From Candidatus Binatia bacterium (GTDB taxonomy: Bacteria; Desulfobacterota; Binatia; UBA12015), in contig JAIEPK010000090.1 of NCBI GenBank assembly GCA_019749875.1, positions 1 to 60,117 of the forward strand: DNA of 60,117 nucleotides, read 5' to 3'. Shown one piece after another: positions 9,479 to 18,939 of the stretch; within the stretch, counting starts at the first letter, position 1, and each line of letters starts with the position of its first letter. The translations under genes and the position numbers were made by a program. The notes below the pieces were generated by a model, which was not told the origin of the DNA, searched no databases, and saw only the letters and a program-made list of their open reading frames with translations.

Positions 9479-10768
9479 TCAGACCTCGAAGGACGTCCCG
9501 GCGAGCGGGCAGCCCTTGTGCTCGATGTGCGCCTCGAACTCGGGCCGGAAGCGGCGCACGAAGTAGCCCGTGCCCCACGCGGCGGCATCGGAGAGGGCGC
9601 AGATCGTGTGCGCCTCCATGTACTTGGTCACGTCCTCGATGACGTCGAGATCGCGCAAGGTTCCCGTTCCGCGCTCGATGCCCTGCATCAGCTTGTGCAG
9701 CCAGCCCGTGCCCTCGCGGCACTGCGTGCACTGGCCGCACGACTCGTGGCGGAAGAAGCGCGCGATCACCAGCGCCGCGCGCACCAGGCACACGGTGTCG
9801 TCCATGACGATGACGGCACCGGTTCCCAGCAGCGTACCGTTCTTCTGCAGGGTGTCGTGGTCCATCGTCACCTGCATCGCGGTCTCGGCGGTGAGGACGG
9901 GCATCGACACGCCGCCGGGGATGACGGCCTTCAGCGTGCGTCCGGGGCGGAGTCCGCCCGCGTGCTCGAAGATGATCTCGCGCAGCGGCGTGCCGAGCGG
10001 CAGCTCGTACGGACCGGGCTTCATCACGCAGCCGCTGACCCCGAAGATCGTGTTGCCGGTGCTCTTCTCGGTGCCGATCGACTTGTAGCCGTCGACGCCG
10101 GCGCGCAGCACGTACGGCACCTGCGTCATCGTCTCGATGTTGTTGATGATCGTCGGCTGCTTCCACAGGCCGGCGACGGCAGGGAACGGCGGACGCTTGC
10201 GCGGCTGGCCCTTCCTGCCCTCGAGCGACTCCATGAGGCCGGTCTCCTCGCCGCAGATGTACGCGCCCGCGCCGCGGTGCACGTAGATCTCGAAGTCGAG
10301 TCCGGAGCCGAGGATGTTCTTGCCGAGGTAGCCCGCTTCCTTCGCCTCGGCGATCGCCGCGCGCAGGTTGTCGAAGCCGGTGCGGTACTCGCCGCGCAGG
10401 TACACGTACGCGGCGTCGATCGTGTTCGCGCGCGCCGCGATCAGGAGTCCCTCGATCAGCTGGTGCGGGTTGCGCTCGATGATCTGGCGATCCTTGTACG
10501 TCCCCGGCTCGCTCTCGTCGCCGTTGCAGGCGATGTAGCGCGGACGGCGGCCGTCGTTGGGCAGGAACGACCACTTGATGCCGGCCGCGAAGCCCGCGCC
10601 GCCGCGCCCGCGGAGCCCGGATGCCTTGACGGCGGTGCCGATGTCCTCGGGCTTCATCTCGCGCAGCGCCTGCTCGGCCGCGGCGTAGCCGCCGTTCTTC
10701 TTGTAGTCGGCGAGCTTCGACCAGTTCTGGCCGTCGGGCGGCAGGAGGTAACGAACGACGGCGGCCAT
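9479..10768 (-). CDS. nuoF: NADH-quinone oxidoreductase subunit F
   Basis: SGLRGRGGAGF, NGDESEPGT, GAGAYICGEETGLMESLEG, ESCGQCTQCREG and TICAL; ATG 10768 overlaps the nuoE stop. Confidence 0.96.
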   Translation of the reverse strand: MAAVVRYLLPPDGQNWSKLADYKKNGGYAAAEQALREMKPEDIGTAVKASGLRGRGGAGFAAGIKWSFLPNDGRRPRYIACNGDESEPGTYKDRQIIERNPHQLIEGLLIAARANTIDAAYVYLRGEYRTGFDNLRAAIAEAKEAGYLGKNILGSGLDFEIYVHRGAGAYICGEETGLMESLEGRKGQPRKRPPFPAVAGLWKQPTIINNIETMTQVPYVLRAGVDGYKSIGTEKSTGNTIFGVSGCVMKPGPYELPLGTPLREIIFEHAGGLRPGRTLKAVIPGGVSMPVLTAETAMQVTMDHDTLQKNGTLLGTGAVIVMDDTVCLVRAALVIARFFRHESCGQCTQCREGTGWLHKLMQGIERGTGTLRDLDVIEDVTKYMEAHTICALSDAAAWGTGYFVRRFRPEFEAHIEHKGCPLAGTSFEV

Positions 10769-11268
10769 CAGCGCTTGCCCTCCCCGAGGCGACTTCTGAG
10801 CTTGTCGAGGATGCCGGGCACGTCGTCCGGCTTCAGGTTCTCGAGGAACGGCTCGTTGTTCACCTGCAGCATCGGCGCCGTGCCGCAGGATCCGAGGCAC
10901 TCGACCTCGGCGATCGAGAACACGCCGTCTTCCGTCACCTCGCCCGAGCGGATGTCGAGCTTTTCCTCGAAAGCACGGATCAGCGGACGCGCGCCCGCGA
11001 GGCAGCACGACAGGTTCGCGCAGACTTGAATGTGAAACTTGCCGACCGGCTCGTCGTGGAAGAGCGAGTAGAAGGAGATCACCTCCTCCACGTCGATCTG
11101 GTGGATCTCGAGCAGCTCGGCGACCTCTTTCGACGCACCGGGCGGGATCCAGCCGTCGTGCTCGGCCTGGATGAAGTGCAGCGCGGTGAGGAGCACCGCG
11201 CGCTTCTCCGGATACTTCGGGAACTCGTCGGCGATCCGCTGCTTCAGCTCTTCCGAAAGAACACCCAT
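10768..11268 (-). CDS. nuoE: NADH-quinone oxidoreductase subunit E
   Basis: EVISFYSLF, 2Fe-2S ligands CANLSC and ECLGSCGTAP. Confidence 0.95.
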   Translation of the reverse strand: MGVLSEELKQRIADEFPKYPEKRAVLLTALHFIQAEHDGWIPPGASKEVAELLEIHQIDVEEVISFYSLFHDEPVGKFHIQVCANLSCCLAGARPLIRAFEEKLDIRSGEVTEDGVFSIAEVECLGSCGTAPMLQVNNEPFLENLKPDDVPGILDKLRSRLGEGKR

Positions 11269-11272
11269 CACG

Positions 11273-12493
11273 TCACCGATCGCACTCGCCGCCGATCATG
11301 TTGATCATGTCGAAGGTCGGGATCACGTCGGCCAGCATCTGCCCCTGGATCATGGGCGTGAGGGCCGCCGTGTTGGAGAAGCTGGGAGAGCGCGCGCGCA
11401 GCTTGTACGGGCTGCCGCTGCCGTCGCTCACGACGTAGAAGCCGAGCTCGCCGTTGCCGCCCTCGACCGCCTGATAGACCTCGCCGACGGGCGGCTTCGG
11501 TCCTTCGGTCACGAGCTTGAACTGCGCGATGAGCTCTTCCATCTTGTTGTAGACGCGGCCCTTGCCCGCGAGGCGGACGTGCGGGTCGTTCAGGTCGACC
11601 GGCCCGTCGGGCAGCTGCTCGACGCACTGCTGGATGATCCGCGTGCTCTGGTTGAGCTCGTTGATGCGGATCAGGAAGCGGTCCATGTTGTCGCCGCGCT
11701 CGCCGATCGGCACGTCCCAGTCGATCTTGTCGTAAACCAGGTACGGCTGCGCGCGGCGCACGTCGTAGGGAACGCCGGCGGCGCGGAGCAGCGGACCGGT
11801 CACGCCGAGCGCGATCAGCTGCTCCTTCGGCAGCAGACCGGTGTTCTCCATGCGCTCGATGAAGATCGGGTTCGAGAGCAGGAGGTCCTCGAAGTCCTTC
11901 CGCAGCTTCGCGATCTGCGCGAGCTTCTCGTCGACGAACGCCTTGAACTCCGGGCCGACGTCGGCCGAGATGCCGCCGATGCGCACGTAGTTGCACGTGA
12001 CGCGCGCGCCGCACATCTCGTCGTGGATGTCCCACACCAGCTCGCGCGCTTCGACGCCGTAGAGGAACGCCGTGAACGCGCCGAGCTCGAGCGCGCACGC
12101 GCCGAGGCACGTGAAGTGGTCGGACATGCGCGACACTTCGCTCGCGATGGTGCGCAGGTACTGACAGCGCGGCGGAACCTCGACGCCGAAGAGCTTCTCC
12201 ACCGCCAGCGCATAGCCGACGTTGTTGATCATCGGCGAGACGTAGTTCAGGCGGTCGGTGTACGGGAACGCCTGGTAGTACAGGCCGCTCTCGCACTCCT
12301 TCTCGAAGCCGCGGTGCAGGTAGCCGACCTCGACCTCGGACCACACGATGCGCTCGCCGTCGAGCTTGAGCTGGATGCGCACGGTGCCGTGCGTCGCCGG
12401 ATGCGACGGCCCGACCTTCAGCTCCATCGTCTCGAAGTCGAGGTCGAGTGCGTCCTGCTCGGCGGCGCTGCCGTTCTTCGGATCGTCGGCCAT
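11273..12493 (-). CDS. nuoD: NADH-quinone oxidoreductase subunit D
   Basis: GPSHPATHG, GYLHRGFEK, DRLNY, GELGFY and C-terminal GECDR; ATG 12493 with a GAGG RBS. Confidence 0.96.
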   Translation of the reverse strand: MADDPKNGSAAEQDALDLDFETMELKVGPSHPATHGTVRIQLKLDGERIVWSEVEVGYLHRGFEKECESGLYYQAFPYTDRLNYVSPMINNVGYALAVEKLFGVEVPPRCQYLRTIASEVSRMSDHFTCLGACALELGAFTAFLYGVEARELVWDIHDEMCGARVTCNYVRIGGISADVGPEFKAFVDEKLAQIAKLRKDFEDLLLSNPIFIERMENTGLLPKEQLIALGVTGPLLRAAGVPYDVRRAQPYLVYDKIDWDVPIGERGDNMDRFLIRINELNQSTRIIQQCVEQLPDGPVDLNDPHVRLAGKGRVYNKMEELIAQFKLVTEGPKPPVGEVYQAVEGGNGELGFYVVSDGSGSPYKLRARSPSFSNTAALTPMIQGQMLADVIPTFDMINMIGGECDR

Positions 12494-12507
12494 TGCTTCC
12501 TCGGACC

Positions 12508-13077
12508 TCAGATCGTGAGGTCGTCGTTCTCGGGAATCTTGTGCACGGCACCCGGTCCGATCAGCGGCTGGCGCTTCTCCTTCGGGTAGTCCTTGCGCAG
12601 CGGATGGCCCTCGAACTCCTCGTAGAGGTAGATGCGCTTCAGGTTCGGGTGGCCCTCGAACTTGACGCCGTACATGTCCCACGTCTCGCGCTCGAGCCAG
12701 TCGGCGCTGGGCCACAGCGAGGCCACGCTCGGGATCTTCGGATCACCCTCCTCGAGCGGGACCTTGATGCGCACGCGGTGGTTCTTCGCGAGCGAGTAGA
12801 AGTGGTAGACCACCTCGAAGCGCGGCACGCGACCGATGTAGTCGACCGCCGTCACGTCCATCAAAAAGTCGAATGCGAGCTCGGGATCGTCGCGCAGCAG
12901 CTTGCACACGTCGATCAGCGCGCCACGATCGACGATCGCCGTCGCGTCGCCGCGAAACTCGTGCGTCGAGAGGATCTTGTCGCCGAATCCGTCGACGAGA
13001 CGCTTCAGGATCGGGCTCGCGGGTCCGCTCGGAGCGGGCGCCTCGGCGGCCTCGGCCGGCTTCTGCTCTTCCGCCAC
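12508..13077 (-). CDS. nuoC: NADH-quinone oxidoreductase subunit C
   Basis: DVTAVDY, RFEVVYH, ADWLERETWDMYG, GHPNLKRI and GHPLRKDYP. Confidence 0.95.
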   Translation of the reverse strand: MAEEQKPAEAAEAPAPSGPASPILKRLVDGFGDKILSTHEFRGDATAIVDRGALIDVCKLLRDDPELAFDFLMDVTAVDYIGRVPRFEVVYHFYSLAKNHRVRIKVPLEEGDPKIPSVASLWPSADWLERETWDMYGVKFEGHPNLKRIYLYEEFEGHPLRKDYPKEKRQPLIGPGAVHKIPENDDLTI

Positions 13078-13087
13078 CGTCGTCCTC

Positions 13088-13630
13088 TCAGCGCTGGTAG
13101 CCGCGACGCACGTAGTCGAGGCGCCGCGGCAGCTCGTCGACCGGCGTCAGCAGGTCGGTCTTGTGCCAGATCGTTCCCGCGCGCGTGAACGCGGCGATCT
13201 CGATCCGGCTGCTCATGACGATCGCCTCTTCCGGGCAGGCTTCCTCGCAGAGACCGCAGTACATGCAGCGGCCCATGTCGATGTCGAAGACCTTCGGGTA
13301 GCGCTCGATCGCGTCCTCGGTCTCGCCCGGCTCGATGTGGATGCAGTCGACCGGGCACGCCCACTCGCAGAGCCCGCAAGCGACGCAGCGTTCCTTCCCG
13401 CTGTCCATCTGCACGAGCACCGGCATGCCGCGGAACGAGGGCGGCTTGGCGATGTCCTGCTCGGGGAACATGACGGTGAACACCTGCGGCTTGCCGACGA
13501 TCCAGCCGAACAGATTCTTGAAGAAGTGGCGTCCCGTGACGGTGAGCCCCTTGAGCATCGCGTTGATGCCCATGAAGCCGCCCGCCTTCTTCAGCGAGAC
13601 GCGATCGATCTTGATGACGCCTACCGCCAT
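13088..13630 (-). CDS. nuoI: NADH-quinone oxidoreductase subunit I
   Basis: Two 4Fe-4S motifs, CVACGLCEWACP and CMYCGLCEEACP; FRGMP and FDIDMGRC. Confidence 0.93.
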   Translation of the reverse strand: MAVGVIKIDRVSLKKAGGFMGINAMLKGLTVTGRHFFKNLFGWIVGKPQVFTVMFPEQDIAKPPSFRGMPVLVQMDSGKERCVACGLCEWACPVDCIHIEPGETEDAIERYPKVFDIDMGRCMYCGLCEEACPEEAIVMSSRIEIAAFTRAGTIWHKTDLLTPVDELPRRLDYVRRGYQR

Positions 13631-13635
13631 GGGCG

Positions 13636-15363
13636 CTACGCCTGTGCCGGCGCCGCGGCTTCAGCCGCGCCCGCCGCTCCCGGCTCCTGCAGCGCGAGAC
13701 CCGCGCTGCCGAGCGTGTCGAAGCCGATGCTCGCGAATGCGGGCACGCCTGCGGCGATCTCGCGCAGCGTCGCCGCCGCGTCGTACGCAGCCGGCGCGCT
13801 GCCGCGCGCGAACAGCGCCGCGAGGCGTGCGAACAGAGCGCCTTCGGGCTGGAGATCCGCGTGCGGCTCCATCGCCTGGCGGACCCGCTGCACGCGACCC
13901 GCATGATTGGTGAACGATCCGTCCTTCTCTGCCCACACGAGGCCGGGCAGGACGATCGTCGCGGCGTCGGTCAGCGGAGAGCGATTCGCGTCGACGACGA
14001 TCAGCGCGTCGAGCTTCGCGACCGCGTCCTTGATGCCGGTCTCGCCGAGCACGCGCGCCGCGTCGGCGCTGCCGACGATCAGCAGCACGCGCAGCTCGCC
14101 GCTCTTCGCCCCCTCGAGGATCGCCTGCGCGTCCTTGCCGCCGTCGCCCGGCTTGACGCCGAGAGCGCGTGCGCCGGCCGCGTTGGCGGCCTTCTCGGGC
14201 TTGATCAGGAAGTCGTCCGCCGGTCCGACCGGAACGATCATGTCGAAGTTCGGCGTGCCGAGGGCGTTCACGAGCTGCACGAGCCGGAACAGGTCCTCGT
14301 TGGTCAGGTGCGGCGAGCCGAGGACGCCGATCGCGCCGCCGCCGTGCACCGACACCGCGCCACGCAGCTTCTCGGCCGCGGCCTCGAGCGCCGCGTCGAG
14401 CGTCGTCGCGTACTTGACGTCGGCGCCCGCGCCGTTGCCGGACGCCGGCGCGGCATGCGCATCGTCACGGATCAGCGGCGTGCGGACGCGCGTCTCGTCC
14501 TGCGCGAAGTGGTAGTTCAGGCGCCCGTGGTCGCACATCCAGGTGTCGTTCACCTCGTCGTTGCGACGGGGGACCATGCGCTGGATCTCGTTGTTGTAGA
14601 TGCCGAGCTTGACGTTGCAGCCGTTCGAGCAGCTCGGGCAGACGCTCTCGTGCTCCTGCAGGAACCACACGCGGCGCTTGTGGTGGAAGTCGCGCGACAG
14701 CAGCGCGCCGACCGGGCAGATGTCCGCAGTGTTGATCGAGTAGTCGTTGTTCAGCGGACGCTCGGAGGTCGTGCCGATGCGCGACTTGTCGCCGATGCCG
14801 AACACGCGAAGCTCGTCGGTCTTGCTGATCTCCTTCGTGAAGCGCACGCAGCGCCGGCAGAGGATGCAGCGCTCCTGGTCGAAGATCACGCGCTCGCCGA
14901 TCGGGTGGCGCTTCAGGCCCTTCCTGCGCGGGCTCGACGTGCGCGACTCCTGGCTGCCGTAGCCGAACGAGTAATCCTGCAGGTAGCACTCGCCCGCCTG
15001 GTCGCAGATCGGACAGTCGAGCGGGTGGTTGATGAGCAGGAGCTCCATCACGCCCTTGCGGGCGAACGCCACCTCGTCGCAGGTGGTGTCGACCACCATG
15101 CCGTCGGTCACCGGCGTGTTGCACGCGATCGCGAGCTTCGGCGCCTTCTCGATCTTGACCTGGCACATCCGGCAGCTTCCGTCGATCGAAAGCTTCGGGT
15201 GGTAGCAGTAGTGCGGGATCTCGATGCCGTTGTCGAGCGCGACCTGCAGCAGCGGGTGCCCGGCCTCGGCCGTGATCTCGCGGCCGTCGATGACGACCTT
15301 GACCGGCTTCTTGAACCGGCCGTTCATCGTGGATGGCGCGCTTGCGGCGGTCTCGTCGCTCAT
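13636..15363 (-). CDS. nuoG: NADH-quinone oxidoreductase subunit G (short form, about 575 aa)
   Basis: IPHYCYHPKL..GSCRMC, NHPLDCPICDQAGECYLQD, RCILCRRCVRF, DICPVGAL and CPSCSNGC...CDHGR; ATG overlaps the nuoB stop. Confidence 0.9.
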   Translation of the reverse strand: MSDETAASAPSTMNGRFKKPVKVVIDGREITAEAGHPLLQVALDNGIEIPHYCYHPKLSIDGSCRMCQVKIEKAPKLAIACNTPVTDGMVVDTTCDEVAFARKGVMELLLINHPLDCPICDQAGECYLQDYSFGYGSQESRTSSPRRKGLKRHPIGERVIFDQERCILCRRCVRFTKEISKTDELRVFGIGDKSRIGTTSERPLNNDYSINTADICPVGALLSRDFHHKRRVWFLQEHESVCPSCSNGCNVKLGIYNNEIQRMVPRRNDEVNDTWMCDHGRLNYHFAQDETRVRTPLIRDDAHAAPASGNGAGADVKYATTLDAALEAAAEKLRGAVSVHGGGAIGVLGSPHLTNEDLFRLVQLVNALGTPNFDMIVPVGPADDFLIKPEKAANAAGARALGVKPGDGGKDAQAILEGAKSGELRVLLIVGSADAARVLGETGIKDAVAKLDALIVVDANRSPLTDAATIVLPGLVWAEKDGSFTNHAGRVQRVRQAMEPHADLQPEGALFARLAALFARGSAPAAYDAAATLREIAAGVPAFASIGFDTLGSAGLALQEPGAAGAAEAAAPAQA

Positions 15364-15968
15364 TCGTGGATCCGCACGGTGCCGGGAACGAGCTTCGCGG
15401 GCTCGCCCTTCTGGAAGTCGAGCGCCTTCTGCTTGCCGTGGATGTTCTCCACGGGGCGTCCGGGGCGCTCGCGCGTGATGCGCTCCTGCAGCTTCAGGAG
15501 CCCGTCGATGACGGCCTCGGGACGCGGCGGGCAGCCGGGCACGTAGATGTCGACCGGAATGATGGTGTCGATGCCCTGCACCACCGCGTAGTTGTTGTAC
15601 GGCCCGCCGGTGTTCGTGCAGTTGCCGAACGACAGCACCCACTTCGGCTCCGCCATCTGCTCCCAGATGCGGCGCAGGATCGGCGCTTGACGGTGGGTGA
15701 TCGTGCCGACCACGAGCATGAGGTCCGACTGGCGGGGCGTGAAGCGCGGCAAGGTCATGCCGAAGCGGTCGGTGTCGAAGCGCGGGCCGGTCACCGACAT
15801 GTACTCCATGCCGCAGCACGCGGTGACGAACGGGTACTGGAAGAATGCGAACTTGCGCGCCCAGGCGAGCGCGTCCTCGTAGCGCGAGGTGAAGAACGAG
15901 TCGCGCTGATCGTGGCTGCCGGGGCGCCCGTCCTGGTGCAGGAACTGCTCTTTCTCCGTCATCGCCAT
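15360..15968 (-). CDS. nuoB: NADH-quinone oxidoreductase subunit B
   Basis: TACCGMEY, RFTPRQSDLMLVVGT, QMAEPKWVLSFGNC and DIYVPGCPPRPE. Confidence 0.95.
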   Translation of the reverse strand: MAMTEKEQFLHQDGRPGSHDQRDSFFTSRYEDALAWARKFAFFQYPFVTACCGMEYMSVTGPRFDTDRFGMTLPRFTPRQSDLMLVVGTITHRQAPILRRIWEQMAEPKWVLSFGNCTNTGGPYNNYAVVQGIDTIIPVDIYVPGCPPRPEAVIDGLLKLQERITRERPGRPVENIHGKQKALDFQKGEPAKLVPGTVRIHE

Positions 15969-16050
15969 CGCTTCCTCGTGTCGGCGTAACCTAGCGACGC
16001 GCCTTCCCCTCTGCCACCTGCTGGGGCATCAACGAGGTGCACGTTGTGCA

Positions 16051-16254
16051 TTAGGGCGCGCCCCACGGAGTCCTCTCGTGCACGATGTGGCCGGCGCCGC
16101 CGGCGCCCTTCGCCGGATCGCGATCGGCCGGGCAATCGAAGATGCACGGCAGCCCATCGACGCAGTTCTGGCAGCAGAAGACGATGCTGCCGCGCCGCAC
16201 GCCGCGGTCGACGGCGATCGGGCAGCCGCACTTCGGACAGGTCAGATTGGCCAT
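16051..16254 (-). CDS. Bacterial metallothionein-like protein (SmtA/BmtA type), 67 aa
   Basis: ATG 16254 with an AGGA RBS; MANLTCPKCGCPIAVDRGVRRGSIVFCCQNCVDGLPCIFDC has 8 Cys with SmtA-like spacing. Confidence 0.65.
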   Translation of the reverse strand: MANLTCPKCGCPIAVDRGVRRGSIVFCCQNCVDGLPCIFDCPADRDPAKGAGGAGHIVHERTPWGAP

Positions 16255-16291
16255 GGATCCTTTCCTGAGAGGCTTCGCCGCGACCGTTGGA

Positions 16292-18040
16292 TCAGCTCTC
16301 GGGCTCGTCCGCCGTGTCCTGATCGGACGGGCCAGCCTCGACGGAACCGTGTGCCGGCGCGGGAAAATTGACCAATACCACACGTCGATGATCCTGCACG
16401 AGGATGCGCGGATCAGGCTCGAGAAGCGCCGTCAGCTCGGGGATCCACTTCGCCTCGGTCGCGACGAAGACGCGCTTCGAGCCCCACACGGCCTTCAAGC
16501 GCTCGGGATCGTCCCAGAACCAGTCGTCGTGGTCGGGTGCCGTGCGCGCACCTTCCTTGATCTCGCCGTACGCGTCGTACTGCACGATCCGTTGCCCGGT
16601 GTAGAAGGCGAGGCTCTGCATGAGGCGCTTGTACGACACGATCACGTCGCCGGCCTGGTGGAGGTCGTTGATCGCGAAGGCGAGCTCCCGGGCGGTCTTG
16701 GTCACGGCGCGCCCCTGCGTCGCGCACAGCAGGACCGCAGCCATCCCCGCGACGAACACGCCGACCGCGGCCGCGGGCCGGCCGCGGTCCTCCCAGCGGG
16801 TCCAGCGGGCGACCAGCACCGTGGCCAGCAGGCTCAGCGCGACCGACGCCGTGGCACCGGCGATCTGGATCACGTCGGGGACGTCCTGGTGCAGCCAGGC
16901 CGCCAGCCGGACGTGAAGCGGCCACGCGAGCAGCGCCGCGACCGCGAGGAGCGCGCCGAGCGTCGCGAAGAATGCGTTCAGCGTCCGCAGAACGATCCCG
17001 ACCAGCCGCGGCTCGACGAACGCACGGTCGAGCCAGGCCGCGATCAGCAGCGCGAGCGGTGGCATCGCCGGCAGCACGTAGCTGCCGAGCTTCGAGGTCG
17101 CGGCGCTGAAGAAGAGGAACACGATCCCGAACCAGAGCAGGCAGAACGCCCGGACCTCGGCTGGGATCTCCCTGAACGCCTGCCGTCCGTCGCGCGTCGC
17201 GGCGAGCAGTAGGGCGACGAGCGTCCACGGCGCGGGCCCGAGGAGAACGACCGGGACGTAGTAGAACGGGCCTTCCGGGTGCCCGACGCGCACCCCGGCG
17301 TTGCCGGCGAAGCGCTGGAAGTGCTCGCGCACGAAGAAGAAGTGCAGGAAGTCCGGGTTGCGCTGCGAAACCAGCACGAACCACGGCACGGTGACGACCA
17401 GGAACACCAGGATCACCCGCCAGCCGAGCAGCGCCCGCACGGTCGGGACGTCGCGCCGCCAGAGCAGGAACGCGAGCGCGATCCCGCCCGGCAGGACGAT
17501 CGCGATCAGCCCCTTCGCGAGCATGCCGAGCGCGACGGAGAAACCGACCAGCAGCGCCCAGCCGTGCTTCCGCTCCGCACGGTGTGCCGCGTAGACGCCG
17601 AGCATCGTCGCGCTCATGCAGGCGGTGAGCAGCATGTCGATCAGCAGCGCCTGCGACAGCGCGAAGAAGAGCGGCTTGGTTGCGAGGATCCCTGCGCCGA
17701 GCCAGGCCGCACGACGTCCGCACAAGCGCAGGGCGAGCACGAAGGTCAGCAGGACCGTGGCGATGCCCGACACTGCCGGCACGATGCGCGCCGCAGCCTC
17801 CGTCTGACCGAACGTCTCGAAGCACGCAGCGGTCAGCCAGTAGAGCAGCGGCGGCTTCTCGAAGTAATTGACGTGGAAGAGCTTCGGCGTGACCCAGTCG
17901 CCGCGCTCGATCATCTCGCGCGGGATCTCGGCGTAGCGCCCCTCGTCCGGATCCTGCAGCACCCAGCCGCCGATGCGCGACAGGTAGAGCGTCAGCAGCA
18001 GCACGAGCGCCAGCAGCGCGCCGGCGCGCGCCCGCGTCAC
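16292..18040 (-). CDS. arnT: ArnT-like lipid-carrier-dependent glycosyltransferase (GT39/GT83)
   Basis: DPDEGRYAEIPREMIERGDWVTP, YFEKPPLLYW, GMLAKG, FFFVREHFQRF and SKLGSYVLP; GTG overlaps the arnD stop. Confidence 0.88.
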   Translation of the reverse strand: MTRARAGALLALVLLLTLYLSRIGGWVLQDPDEGRYAEIPREMIERGDWVTPKLFHVNYFEKPPLLYWLTAACFETFGQTEAAARIVPAVSGIATVLLTFVLALRLCGRRAAWLGAGILATKPLFFALSQALLIDMLLTACMSATMLGVYAAHRAERKHGWALLVGFSVALGMLAKGLIAIVLPGGIALAFLLWRRDVPTVRALLGWRVILVFLVVTVPWFVLVSQRNPDFLHFFFVREHFQRFAGNAGVRVGHPEGPFYYVPVVLLGPAPWTLVALLLAATRDGRQAFREIPAEVRAFCLLWFGIVFLFFSAATSKLGSYVLPAMPPLALLIAAWLDRAFVEPRLVGIVLRTLNAFFATLGALLAVAALLAWPLHVRLAAWLHQDVPDVIQIAGATASVALSLLATVLVARWTRWEDRGRPAAAVGVFVAGMAAVLLCATQGRAVTKTARELAFAINDLHQAGDVIVSYKRLMQSLAFYTGQRIVQYDAYGEIKEGARTAPDHDDWFWDDPERLKAVWGSKRVFVATEAKWIPELTALLEPDPRILVQDHRRVVLVNFPAPAHGSVEAGPSDQDTADEPES

Positions 18041-18939
18041 GACGCCACCTGGCAGGCGACCGTGCCGCCGCGACCCGGCAGCGTGCCGGGTCGCACGGTC
18101 GCGACCGGCAAGTCGTCGGTGTCGGGCAGCTCGGCCGCGATCTCGCCGAGCGTGCGCACGGGCAGGAGGTCCTTGACGCGAGACAGCAGCAGGTCGAGCT
18201 GCTCGAGGTAGGGTCCGCCTTCGACCTCGGTGTGGATGGTGTGCACGTTGAGCTCCTCGGGGACGATCCAGGTCTGGTAGGCGCGCGCCAGCTCCGCCGG
18301 CGTGCGCCCCGCCGCGCCGATCACCTCGTCGAGCGTCGGCAGCGTGGTCGGAATCTCGGGGATCGACGACGTGTAGCCGTCCGCGGTCGGGCGATAGGGC
18401 CGCGTGCCGCGCGTGTCGCTGCGGTAGCGGTAGCCGAGCTCGTCGACCACACGCAGGCTGTTGCCGGTGCACTGCCAGCCCGGTGCCGCGAAGCCCGCGG
18501 GGCGGCGTCCGACGACCGACGTGAAGAGATCGGTCGCGGGGCCGAGCTGCGCGCGCACCTCGTCGAGCGTCAAGCGCGCGAGCGCGTCGTGCCAGCGCAC
18601 GTGGTCGAATCCGTGCACGCCGACCTCGTGTCCGGCGGCATCGATGTCGCGCAGCCGCTCCGGCTGCGACGCGACGATCGCCACCGACGGCAGCAGCGTG
18701 CCGCGCAGCATGGTCGACAGCGGGTACAGGCTGGGCGCCCGGCTGCGCAGCATCTTCGCCAGGAAGCCCGGCTGGCGGAACGCGCGCGCGACGGCACGTC
18801 CGGTCCGGTCCGGACCCATCGCGACGAACCAGCTCGCGCGCACGCCGTGCCGCGCGAACAGCTCGAGCAGGCGCGGCGCACCGTCGCGCAAGCCGACGTG
18901 CGTGTCCACGTCGACCTTGAGGACGAACCCCGGGCTCAC
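18037..18939 (-). CDS. arnD: ArnD-like deformylase (polysaccharide deacetylase family)
   Basis: LKVDVDT, MGPDRTGRA, HEVGVHGFDHVRW, AAPGWQ, YRSDTRG, IPTTLPTLDE and VHTIHTEVEG. Confidence 0.88.
   Translation of the reverse strand: MSPGFVLKVDVDTHVGLRDGAPRLLELFARHGVRASWFVAMGPDRTGRAVARAFRQPGFLAKMLRSRAPSLYPLSTMLRGTLLPSVAIVASQPERLRDIDAAGHEVGVHGFDHVRWHDALARLTLDEVRAQLGPATDLFTSVVGRRPAGFAAPGWQCTGNSLRVVDELGYRYRSDTRGTRPYRPTADGYTSSIPEIPTTLPTLDEVIGAAGRTPAELARAYQTWIVPEELNVHTIHTEVEGGPYLEQLDLLLSRVKDLLPVRTLGEIAAELPDTDDLPVATVRPGTLPGRGGTVACQVAS

Noticed and set aside
11273-15968. Group 4 NiFe-hydrogenase interpretation of the nuoB/C/D/I genes
   Set aside because: NuoD lacks the two CxxC Ni-binding motifs and has the quinone-site motifs (HPATHG, DRLNY) of complex I
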